Source of the DNA: Candidatus Saccharimonadota bacterium
GTDB taxonomy: Bacteria; Patescibacteriota; Saccharimonadia; Saccharimonadales; UBA4665
DNA length: 32,000 bases
Direction: 5' to 3'
Assembly: GCA_016699935.1 (NCBI GenBank)
Contig: CP064992.1
Location: 1,110,001 to 1,142,000 of the forward strand
Positions 1 to 9,673 of the stretch are shown piece by piece. A model generated the notes under the pieces. That model saw nothing but the letters and a program-made list of their open reading frames with translations, had not been told where the DNA came from and made no database searches. Both the position numbers and the translations under genes were made by a program. Each line of letters begins with the position of its first letter. The first letter of the stretch is position 1.

Positions 1-176
1 TTTTCGACTTTCAGTTTGTCGGCAGCTTTTTGCATACCGGTATAGACTAGCCGCTCGGCGACTTGCTTTTTGCCGTCGCGCATAACGCGGTTGATGAGAC
101 GCTGCACCGGCACACTGTTGTATATACGGTCAGCTGGTATGTCTCGAACTAGTGAGGCAGTTACTTTCCTAGGCAT
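1..176 (-). CDS. rpsG: 30S ribosomal protein S7, N-terminal part (gene continues beyond the window start)
   Basis: Minus-strand translation from the ATG at 176-174 gives MPRKVTASLVRDIPADRIYNSVPVQRLINRVMRDGKKQVAERLVYTGMQKAADKLKVE, the conserved S7 N-terminus. AAGGAG lies 7 nt upstream. It follows rpsL as in str operons. It is absent from the ORF track because the window truncates it. Confidence 0.9.
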   Translation of the reverse strand, partial: MPRKVTASLVRDIPADRIYNSVPVQRLINRVMRDGKKQVAERLVYTGMQKAADKLKVE

Positions 177-342
177 TAGAGGCTCCTTTCGGAGAGATTT
201 AGCATTGAGCATTGAGCATTTTGCAGAAATTTAGCAGTTTGCATTTGGCAGAAATTGCTGATTGCGATATGTCTGCTACCTGATACCTGTAAAATTTCTG
301 CTACCTGAAAATTGCTACCTGAAAAATGGAAGGGCGCAGTCA

Positions 343-756
343 TTACTTGCTCTCCTTTTTGGCGCCGTATTTACTACGACCCTGTTTGCGGTTTTGGACG
401 CCTTGGAGGTCTAGGGCGCCACGAACGATGTGATAACGCACACCTGGTAAGTCCTTGACACGACCGCCACGGATCATGACGACAGCGTGTTCTTGCAGGT
501 TATGGCCTTCTCCGCCGATGTAGGCCCAGACTTCATAGCCATTGCCGAGTCGCACACGGGCAACCTTACGCAGAGCGGAGTTTGGTTTCTTTGGTGTTTT
601 GGTGGTGACCTTGACGCACACGCCGCGCTTGAATGGTGCGGGTTTTTCGTAGTGTTTGGTCTTTAGGTTGTTGGTAACACGCATGAGCGCCGGGCTTTTG
701 GTCTTCGTTTTGACCTTTGTCCGAGGCTTGCGCACCAGTTGGTCAATGGTAGGCAA
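343..756 (-). CDS. rpsL: 30S ribosomal protein S12
   Basis: 137-aa [15 protein letters not shown]...[60 protein letters not shown], a full-length match to the universally conserved S12 pattern. TTG start at 756. It lies directly upstream of rpsG. Confidence 0.97.
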   Translation of the reverse strand: MPTIDQLVRKPRTKVKTKTKSPALMRVTNNLKTKHYEKPAPFKRGVCVKVTTKTPKKPNSALRKVARVRLGNGYEVWAYIGGEGHNLQEHAVVMIRGGRVKDLPGVRYHIVRGALDLQGVQNRKQGRSKYGAKKESK

Positions 757-903
757 AATATGCCCCTTTCTCCAGGATTTTACCTGGGATAGCTAATTAC
801 CGAAGAGAGTCTCACCCTGGATTACTCATGCCAAGGTGTAACATATCTCCTCTCCCGCCAAACCCGACCGTAGCCGGAGGCTCGAATTTGATATAACCCA
901 TGT

Positions 904-932
904 ATTGTACCAGAAACAACACAGGGTGACAA
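904..932 (-). promoter_or_regulatory. candidate sigma70-type promoter of the rpsL-rpsG operon
   Basis: The minus strand reads TTGTCA (932-927), 17 nt, TACAAT (909-904), with TG one base upstream of the -10 (extended -10). This predicts a leader of about 140 nt before the rpsL start. Confidence 0.5.
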
Positions 933-988
933 CTGGCTGGTTGTGCGCAATGCGAGTATACTGCTTGCATAAGCAACATGGAGTATGT

Positions 989-1978
989 ATGGACAACAAT
1001 GTAACACCGCCAATAAACCCAAATGACCAAAATATACTAGATACGCTTGAATCGGTACGGAGTGAACTCGTGCAAGACAACCCTTCGCCTATGCCCATTG
1101 CTTCACCACCAAAACGCCGCTCAAGAACATGGCTTTATGTAGTAGTAGGACTCGTTTTAATTGCTGGCACCGCTGCGGCTGCCTACAGCCTCACCAGACC
1201 AGAGAAAAAACCTGCGCCACCGAGCAAGGGCATATCTCAAAGCACGGGGAAAAAACAGACTCAAGCGGCAGCAACGACTGATATTTCGGCACTACTCTTG
1301 GCTGCAAAAAATGCTACTACTTCAAGCACACCGAATAGCGAAAATCTTGCACCCGATTATATGGTTGAGGGATACAATTATTACGCCGCGGCTCGCAAAG
1401 ATGATACAAAGGGCTTGGAAGTAAAACAACCGGAGGCAGCTATACAGCAAACCGCAAAAGACCTCGAAGCGTTTTTACTTGCAAAAGGTTTTGCCAAGTC
1501 GACGCAGCAAGTTAAGAACGCCTATTACCCCCTCACAAAATATGAAAATGCAGACACTTTATGCGGCATCAATTACTTCCTTGATCTTGCTGATACTCTT
1601 AAAACACTCTATATCACCTGCGCACTAAAATCTTCCTACCTGGCGACGGCTCAATTACAACAACCATTTTATGATACGTACCGCGCAGCGAACAAAGGCA
1701 GCCAGTACTTAACCGACGATAGTCGCCTCGGCTACCCAACCGTAAAGGACAGCCGGACGTCGGGCTATAAAGTTGCTGAGGCCGCCATATACTCCGAGGC
1801 AAGCCCAGGTGGTGCCATGGGCTTGTTCTATCAGACGCCAGATGGAACCTGGAACTTCTTTAAAGGCACACAGCAGTCTCTGATGTGCAAAGACTTCTCG
1901 TCGCCCGACCTCAAGAAGGCCTATGCTGGTGACCAGTGCTTTTCTGAGAACGGTTCTGCATCGACAGTAAAAGTGTAG
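989..1978 (+). CDS. hypothetical membrane-anchored protein (single TM, extracytoplasmic domain)
   Basis: Long ORF 905-1978. Preferred start is ATG 989, with GGAG 5 nt upstream. It has the TM helix WLYVVVGLVLIAGTAAAAYSL, then a Pro/Ser/Thr/Lys-rich linker and a Cys-containing domain of about 230 aa. I recognise no motif in that domain. Confidence 0.6.
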   Translation: MDNNVTPPINPNDQNILDTLESVRSELVQDNPSPMPIASPPKRRSRTWLYVVVGLVLIAGTAAAAYSLTRPEKKPAPPSKGISQSTGKKQTQAAATTDISALLLAAKNATTSSTPNSENLAPDYMVEGYNYYAAARKDDTKGLEVKQPEAAIQQTAKDLEAFLLAKGFAKSTQQVKNAYYPLTKYENADTLCGINYFLDLADTLKTLYITCALKSSYLATAQLQQPFYDTYRAANKGSQYLTDDSRLGYPTVKDSRTSGYKVAEAAIYSEASPGGAMGLFYQTPDGTWNFFKGTQQSLMCKDFSSPDLKKAYAGDQCFSENGSASTVKV

Positions 1979-2023
1979 ACATGCGACTTTTTTAAGCCTG
2001 TGGTACACTGACTGTAGAATTGT

Positions 2024-3344
2024 ATGATGGATATAAATAAGAAAACACTTGCAGTAGTTGGGCTGGGCTATGTGGGTTTGCCGCTGGCAGTAGAAGCGGC
2101 TTTGAAGGGTTATACAGTAACCGGTATCGACGTTAGCCCCAAACTTCTTGACCAAATAGATAAACGCCACTCGCCCTTTGCCAACGACGATCGTTTTGCC
2201 AAAGATTTTGCCCGAGTCACCAAAAAGCCTTCACCGCTTTCAGTGATTTTTCTAGCCTAGCAAGTGTAAAAACCATCGTCATTTGCGTACCCACCCCGAC
2301 TGAGCACGGCGTGCCAGATCTAAGTTACGTCGAAAAAGCTTCACGTCAAATAGCTTTAGTTTTGCAAAAAGGACAGCTTGTCGTCCTGGAAAGTACTGTT
2401 AACCCTGGTGTGACCAGAGATATAGTACTACCCATACTAGAAAAACATCTGGCCTAAGCGTTGGCAAAGATTTTTACCTGGCGCATTGCCCAGAGAGGAT
2501 TGACCCAGGTAACCCCAAATATTATGTCGGCAATCTCAACCGAGTTGTCGGTGGCATTACCGAGGCCTGCACCAAAAAGGCGGCTGCTTTCTACACCAGC
2601 ATCATTGACGCCAAAATAGTTCAGCTCGGTTCTACCGAGGAAGCCGAATTCGTCAAATCGTGGGAAAACACCCACCGAAACGTCATGATTGCCCTAGCCA
2701 ATAGTGCCGCCATCATCTGTGACGGTGTTGGGATGGATATAAAGCGCGTCCTAGAAGGCTTGCAGTCCAAAGTTGACCAGTTTGGTCTGAAACTTGCTCA
2801 ACCTGGGATTATTCCCGGCGGACACTGCATACCAGAAGACATTCACTACGTCATCAAACGAGCCCGTGAAAGTGGCATTGATACCCGTTTTCTAGACGAT
2901 GCCGCCGACCTCAATGACAAAATGCCCAAATATGCTGTGCGTCGGCTAACAAACATGGTCAACAAAAATGGCGAAAAACTACGTGATTTGCGCGTTGCGC
3001 TGCTTGGCCTGGCCTACAAACCAGATATTAGCGATACCCGTAAATCTGCCGCTATTGAAGCCGGCTATGTCCTGGTGCGCTATGCTGGTACTGTTACGGC
3101 TTTTGACCCTTACGTGACTGACCCAGCGCTGGCAAAACCTTTTCACTTATCCAAATCACTTGAAAGCGCCCTTCGAACCTCCGATGCCATTTTCATAGCG
3201 ACAGCGCACAGTGAGTTTAAAAAACTGCTGACACCCGCCTTGCTCAAAAAACACCATATCCGCTACGTTTTCGACGGCCGCAATATGCTCGACAAAGCCG
3301 CCATCACCAAAGCCGGCATACACTACCGCGGCATCGGCCAATAA
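2024..3344 (+). pseudogene. nucleotide-sugar dehydrogenase (UDP-glucose/GDP-mannose dehydrogenase family, TviB/WbpO/Cap5O-like), frame-disrupted as sequenced
   Basis: Three successive frames concatenate into one protein of about 440 aa: LAVVGLGYVGLPLAVEAALKGYTVTGIDV (Rossmann GxGxxG) ... VKTIVICVPTP ... LESTVNPGVTRD ... HCPERIDPGN ... GGHCIPEDIHY ... LGLAYKPDISDTRKS. The two frame changes coincide with A5 runs at 2222-2226 and 2441-2445, each apparently one A short. Confidence 0.85.
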
Positions 3345-3456
3345 GTTAAAAGTTTTGTTGTAGTTCTGCAATTGCTGTCATCCCAACCAAGGTTGGGGCC
3401 CCTAACCCACACTCACTTTTTGAGCTGAGTATTGATAGCAGAGAAGTGTATTAGCT

Positions 3457-3552
3457 TGTCACCTGTAACATGTCACCAAACATTAACTATTAACGTGTCA
3501 CCATTGTTGCTGGGGTCATAGGCGAATAGATACATGCCAATGTTTGGTGACA
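3457..3552. repeat. TGTCACC repeat array with a 14-bp perfect inverted repeat, upstream of galE
   Basis: TGTCACC occurs at 3457-3463, 3471-3477 and 3496-3502. TGTCACCAAACATT (3471-3484) is the exact reverse complement of AATGTTTGGTGACA (3539-3552). Confidence 0.6.
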
Positions 3553-3643
3553 GGTGAATGGATAATTGCTACACTCCTACTTTGAACAGGGATGCGGGTC
3601 AGGAATGTGCCGTTATAGTGAAAGTCCTATGTATAATGAAGCT

Positions 3644-4657
<1,014 letters not shown>

Positions 4658-5659
4658 CCCAGCTTAGATATTGATGCTGACCCACATTCACTTTTGAGCT
4701 GTCATCTTGAGCGCAGTCGAAAGATCTCCATGTTATTGACACCGAAGAGATCCTCCTCGAAGCCTGCCACACACTTGATGTGGGGGTCGGGATGATAATG
4801 GAGTGAAAACGTATCTGATGTTTGCGCATCTCAGGTGAAATTCCAAAATCCAAGCACCAAATTCCAGATAAACCCGAAATGGAAAGTCCTAAACCCGAAT
4901 ATCTAAACTCTAAACAAATCCTAAATACAAATCTTCAAATGCTCTAAACTGCGGCCAAAGGCCGCATATAATTGTCGCGTTAGCGATACAACTAGAGATG
5001 GCCATGCGGAGGCTCACGGCTCCAATGTTGTCATGTTTTACAACTTCCGACAGGCGCGACGCGACTTGTTTGACGAATAGCTACTATGCCAGTGGCATAG
5101 TAGCTATGAGGAGTTGTCGCGTCGGTTGTAAAACTGGACAACATTTGACCGAGAGACGGAGCTCCTGGCCTGGTTTTAGTCCAGGCCTTTTTGGCAGCAA
5201 AAAGGCCTGGTCGCCATGCCGGGCGAAACCCGGCATTATAGAGAAAGAGATATACCAAAGCCCGAGGTGCTGCATGGATTCCGGCCGAGTTTATCCTCAA
5301 CTCGGTTGGGGACCGGAATGACAGGGGCTAGGAGTAGAGAATGGATTCCCGCCGGAGTTTATCCTCAACTCGATTGGGGACGGGAATGACAGGGGCAAGG
5401 AAGATTCTTCACTTCGTTCAGAATGACAAGCTAGCAGTGAGTGGTGACGTATGGATACTAAATGAATTCAGGATGACAGAACGTAGGGAATGGATTCCCG
5501 CCTGCTGCAGGAATGACAGGGGTGAGGAGTAGAGAATGGATTCCGGCCGGAGTTTATCCTCAACTTGGTTGGGGACGGGGATGACAAGGGCATGGAAGAT
5601 TCTTCGCTTCGTTCAGAATGACAAGATGGTAGTGAGTGGTGGCGTGGTATCAGTCGAGT
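4658..5659. repeat. ORF-free field of perfect hairpins and REP/MITE-like structured repeats
   Basis: Nested palindrome 5024-5145 with a perfect 13-bp core stem at 5078-5106. 13-bp stem at 5181-5210. 8-bp stem at 5216-5236. Structured units of about 55-115 bp are repeated at 5274, 5341, 5490 and 5536. The track ORFs here occur on both strands and give mirror-image peptides, as palindromic DNA does. Confidence 0.75.
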
Positions 5660-7484
5660 TTAGCGCAAATACTGCTGGATTTTGGACTGCGCTAGTGCAA
5701 CCGATGCTGGGTTTGGTTCCATGACGTACAAAGGTAAGGCACCCATGCTGTAGGTTGTACCGGTACTATCACTGCCATCGACGCTGATCGATTCGGTTTG
5801 CCAGCTACCGAGATTATTCATTTGCTGTTTGAGTAGCGCCGCCACTTCGTCGCGACTAGCATTTGTTTGGAAGGTGTCACCCAGCGAACGGACGATGTTT
5901 TTGATATTGCAAAGGGCATGCGGATTATTGACCTTGTTTATTATGGCTTCTATCACCCGCTGCTGGTTTCGCCGCGCGTCCGATCGCCATTAGCAAAGTC
6001 GTAGCGCTCGCGTGAAAAAGCCAGCGCTTGTTCGGCATTGAGCGTATTGATTCCCTCGACGAAAGAATACTTGCCCACCTAAAGCTGTAGCGCGATGTCA
6101 CGTCTACACTGCCGACAGCATCGATTATTTTGAGCAATGAGGTGAAATTGATCCGGACACTGTAGTTTATCGGTGCACCGTACAGATCCTCGAGCGTTTG
6201 CCGTGACATGTCTATTCCGTATATACCAGCATGCGTTAGTTTGTCTCGGACACCCGTTGTGCCGTGAAGCTGTACGTAATAGTCACGTGGGGTGTTGACC
6301 AGTAAAACTTTGTGCGTCTTGGGGTTGATGACAGCAATGATGTTGACGTCGCTGCGCGACACGGTGTTGATTTCGCCGTAGGTGTCGATGCCGCTCAGGT
6401 AAACGGCGTAGGGTTTGGAAATATCTGTCTTTTGGGCGGTTTCACCTGGGATTGTTTGACACTAAAGTTTTCAAAACCTTCAAACTTTGGTAAAAGCTAG
6501 GGTAATTTTGCTGCAAAAGCGGTAGTAGTGAGCTACGCAGCACGACGGTGTCGACTGCCTTATCGTCGAGTGCCACCGTCAGGCTGGCCAGCTCGCTTGA
6601 GGCAACTGGGCGAGCGGCGCTATAGCGCTGGACTGCTGCCAGTAAGGCTACTTTGTTTGGGTCGTCGACGATGTAACCTAGCTGTTTATTGCCAGTTTTT
6701 AAACCGACAGACGAATCTTTTTGGCGACAATGGTGTAGCTATCGTAAACTGTTTGCTGACTGACGATTTTGGTCAAAAACTGTGAGAATGTTGAACTAGC
6801 CGAGTAGACATAGCCGCAGGCTAAAACGACGATTAGCCAGGCTAGTACTAGACAGCTACTTTTGAAGTACGAGCGCCAGCTAGCCCGCCATAAAGCCCAC
6901 AGCACGCCGGTTACAACCAGGCCAGAAAGCACTATTGCCACCGCCAAATATTTGGAAGGGACAATATTGGTGCCTAGCACCGAAGTCAAGCTAACAGCAT
7001 AGGCTGCGACAAGTGCCAGCGCTAGGCCGTAGCTGAGCCAGCGGCGAAACCCAAGTGGTTGCTGGCGGTGATTAATAGTTTTTGCCAAACGCCGCACTAA
7101 AAAGTACAGCCCGACACCCAGGCTAGCCCCGACGGTGTCGAGAGCCACATCTCGCAGTTCACTGCTCCGCCCGGTGATAAACAGCTGGTGAAACTCATCT
7201 GTTACGGCGTAAAGTGCCGAGCCAGCCACTGCCCAGGCAGCTACTTTCTTTGGGCGCCAAGACAGTTTGAAAAATAGCGCGCAAAAAAGCACGCCTAGTA
7301 CCATATATAGCGCAGCGTGAGCTATCTTGCGCAGTTCAAACATCGATACATCGGTTACGTAAGTGCGCACGACATGCAATACCGCTCCGCTCTGCCGGCT
7401 CGACTCAGCCGCCACTTGGCTAGAGAAATAGAAAATAACCCCCATCCAGAGGATAATCGGCAAATATTTATATAATTTCTTCAA
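5660..7484 (-). pseudogene. VanZ-domain / multi-TM / LCP (LytR-CpsA-Psr) fusion protein, frame-disrupted as sequenced
   Basis: The N-terminus (TTG 7484) MKKLYKYLPIILWMGVIFYFSS...KIAHAALYMVLG...AVTDEFHQLFITGRSSELRDVALDTVGA fits the VanZ pattern. TM helices follow, then an accessory region (YTIVAKK-DSSVGLKTGNKQLGYIVDD...). The LCP core reads KPYAVYLSGIDTYGEINTVSRSDVNIIAVINPKTHKVLLVNTPRDYYV ... [33 protein letters not shown]. There are about four frame changes, near 6715, 6445, 6080 and 5968. Confidence 0.8.
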
Positions 7485-7487
7485 AAC
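7440..7487. repeat. direct repeat copy A (functional 5' end of the VanZ-LCP gene)
   Basis: CCCCATCCAGAGGATAATCGGCAAATATTTATA is identical at 7440-7472 and 8978-9010. Similarity continues to about 7487/9026 with 2 mismatches and 1 indel. Confidence 0.9.
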
Positions 7488-8662
7488 TTATTCTTCAATA
7501 CTTTTAATGCTAAAAGCGTCCTCTATCACCGCAAAGTAATTATCAGGGTTGGCAATCGTAAATGTATGAGGCAGCGGGAATATATCTTTGCTGCTACTTT
7601 TGCTGTTAGATTTCACCTCGATGGTTTTGTAATTCTTCTGGTAATCCTCGAGCACTATATCTACCTCTTGCCCAGAGTATTCACGGTAGAAATACATAGT
7701 CTGCTGAGCTTTGGTACTAAGGCGCTGTTTTTCAAGTTCGATTACGACAAAATTTTCAAATACATTGCCCTTGTCTGGTCGTAGATCCAACTCACGAAAG
7801 TCCTTCACTAATATGTTTCGAATGCCAATGTCGTAAAAATAGAGCTTGCGATTCTCTGATACGGAACGGCGCATATTGGTTTTGAACGGATGGAGCGGTA
7901 TGAGTATGTAGTTCTTGATAAATATCTCGATATAACTTGCCACGGTTGATGGACTTGCTCCCAGACTCTTGGCGATCTCTGCTACTGATACTTCTTGTCC
8001 GACCTGCAGGGCAATTTTCGTCAGGATGTCTTTGGCCAGCTTCTCATTCCTGAGATCATAGATGTCTATGATGTCTTTGAGCACGTAAGCATCCAGGATA
8101 TTTTGCAGTAAGTCAACTCGCTCCGGCTCGGACAGTGACTTATTGGCGTAAACTTCGGGGTACGCGCCATATATCTGCATCTCATGCTGCAAATTGGCTT
8201 CAAAGTTCGACTGCTGGTACAGCGGAACGTTAGCGGCAGTGCGAATTTCTTGGACAGACAAAGGCAAGCAGTAGTGCTCAGTAAATCTTCCGGCCAGGCT
8301 GTCAAAATCTTTTGACTTTTGCCGGAGCTCGCTGCTACCAGTAGCAATTATTTTCACATCAAATTCGTCGTGAAGCAGCTTGAGCGCTAGGGTGCTTTCG
8401 GGGTAATTTTGGACTTCATCAATCAAAATAACATCGTGCTCGGACACAATCTTCTCTAGAGCTTCATGGGTCGGCTGAAAATACTCCCTGTCAGATATAA
8501 AGTCGAAATTAAAGTACTCCACGGATAATTCATCGGCAAGCTCCTTGAGCAGGGTTGTTTTGCCGCTACGCCTCGGTCCCCACAAAAGAATACCTTTTTG
8601 TCTTTGCCTGTTAGGTACAAATCTATCTGTTTCTTGACGCTTCGTTCTATCATACCACTCAT
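7488..8662 (-). CDS. AAA+ ATPase of the AAA_14 + DUF4143 type (COG1373-like), with one frame break just before the Walker A motif
   Basis: The 365-aa ORF contains WGPRRSGKTTLLKEL (Walker A), VILIDEVQ (Walker B) and a C-terminal part typical of DUF4143 partners. The N-terminal 25 codons (MSGMIERSVKKQIDLYLTGKDKKV) are in another frame, with the break near 8584-8590. Confidence 0.8.
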
Positions 8663-8977
8663 TTTAACATGAATGTGTAGGGTGACGCAATACAGATTAA
8701 TGCAAATTTCGGTGTTTTAGCGAGTCAAGTAGCGTTAATCACGTCATTATTGATAGTGTTTGAGACACCAGGATATAATGTTGCTATCACCGCATTTTGC
8801 GGGTATATTTTGCATAAATATGTCAATTTTGCGGTGGTATGATACCGTGGGGGCTTGACTCGACTTACGTAAAAAATCGTAGGTCAAGCCTCGTTCAAGA
8901 AATGTATTATCGAGGCTGCTTATGCCTTGCTGTCTTTGCTGGACAGGAACCTTTTTGTACTTTGCCCGGATTTACCG

Positions 8978-9026
8978 CCCCATCCAGAGGATAATCGGCA
9001 AATATTTATAAAACTTCTTCAAAAAC
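8978..9026. repeat. direct repeat copy B (truncated duplicate of the VanZ-LCP 5' end)
   Basis: The minus strand reads TTG AAG AAG TTT TAT AAA TAT TTG CCG ATT ATC CTC TGG ATG GGG CGG TAA. That translates to LKKFYKYLPIILWMGR-stop, against MKKLYKYLPIILWMGV... in copy A. Confidence 0.9.
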
Positions 9027-9245
9027 ATCTTCCTCAAAACTTTTCTTCCTGCGCCCCCGCCCAGCACGCAAAACCTTATTGCCTATTACGGAGACAATAG
9101 ACTTGTTGAGCACAAAAGACGCCACTATCACTAAAGCTAGGCTAGCAATATTCGTCAACAAGTGATTGTAATAGTATAGCCCAATTACAACCCATAGCCT
9201 ATCTGTGAGGCTTGCCATGTAAAGCCTGCTATGTGCGTAGGTCAT
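9006..9245 (-). CDS. hypothetical small membrane protein (2 predicted TM segments)
   Basis: 79-aa ORF with the hydrophobic segments LWVVIGLYYYNHLL and IASLALVIVASFVL and a basic/acidic tail. It lies in an operon-like position after tagD, overlapping its end (an alternative start is at 9218). No recognisable family. Confidence 0.35.
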   Translation of the reverse strand: MTYAHSRLYMASLTDRLWVVIGLYYYNHLLTNIASLALVIVASFVLNKSIVSVIGNKVLRAGRGRRKKSFEEDVFEEVL

Positions 9246-9621
9246 TTTTAATTCTGGTAGTTGATACGCCTGCTGTTCTGGTCAAATACTTAACGTGGCA
9301 ATACTTTTTCAGCAGCTCAAACCTTACATCGCCTGCCCAGTCACTACCCATTACAACTATGTCAATTTTGTACTTCTTAATATCTTCAGGTTTCTGCTCC
9401 CATTTATCCTCGGGTATAACAAGATCGACATAACGAATAGCCTCTAGCATTTTTTTTCGCAATACAAAATTTTGGTACGATTTTTTGCCTTTTATTGCAT
9501 TAAATTCATCAGTTGATATTGCGACTATTAAATAATCCCCCAGTGCCTTAGCACGCTTGAGTAGCCTAACATGCCCAAAGTGTAATAGGTCAAAAGTACC
9601 ATATGTAATTACACGTTTCAT
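9229..9621 (-). CDS. tagD: glycerol-3-phosphate cytidylyltransferase
   Basis: 130-aa ORF MKRVITYGTFDLLHFGHVRLLKRAKALGDYLIVAISTDEFN...RYVDLVIPE..WEQK...MGSDW...RTAGVSTT. It is collinear with B. subtilis TagD, including the HxGH motif. GAGG lies 9 nt upstream. Confidence 0.93.
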   Translation of the reverse strand: MKRVITYGTFDLLHFGHVRLLKRAKALGDYLIVAISTDEFNAIKGKKSYQNFVLRKKMLEAIRYVDLVIPEDKWEQKPEDIKKYKIDIVVMGSDWAGDVRFELLKKYCHVKYLTRTAGVSTTRIKNDLRT

Positions 9622-9673
9622 AAAGTAACCTCACAGGGCAGCCCTATTTGGCCGCAGCTAGAAACATGCCCAG

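Noticed and set aside
870-900. TTCGAGCC-like sequence suggesting a tRNA T-arm on the minus strand
   Set aside because: There is no flanking 5-bp T-stem, acceptor stem or anticodon arm. It lies within the predicted rpsL leader.
812-1098. Three overlapping minus-strand ORFs (66-90 aa) in the rpsL upstream region
   Set aside because: They are mutually overlapping in different frames with Cys/Trp-rich nonsense-like composition. They overlap the predicted rpsL promoter and leader and the start of the plus-strand gene at 989.
4881-4889. GGAAAGTCC, reminiscent of the RNase P RNA universally conserved GAGGAAAGUCC (also GAAAGTCCT at about 3621)
   Set aside because: The surrounding sequence is a low-complexity CTAAAC-type repeat. 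None of the other RNase P conserved regions or helices is present.
5274-5650. Possible CRISPR array
   Set aside because: The repeat copies are of unequal length (46-115 bp), directly abut each other or are irregularly spaced, and diverge by about 10%. There are no unique spacers of constant size and no cas genes.
5341-5650. Possible DGR template/variable repeat pair
   Set aside because: The mismatches between the two 115-bp copies are not confined to adenines of one copy (for example C/G, C/T and T/A differences). No reverse transcriptase is present, and the copies are not at the 3' end of a target gene.
4998-5724. Track ORFs of 62-107 aa on both strands (4998-5321, 5031-5300, 5084-5275, 5341-5532, 5536-5724)
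   Set aside because: They lie entirely in palindromic or tandem repeat DNA. Opposite strands give mirror peptides (SYYASGIVAMRS against SYYATGIVAIRQ), and the 5341 and 5536 ORFs are simply two copies of one repeat. They have no SD or gene context. I treat them as translation artefacts of structured repeats.
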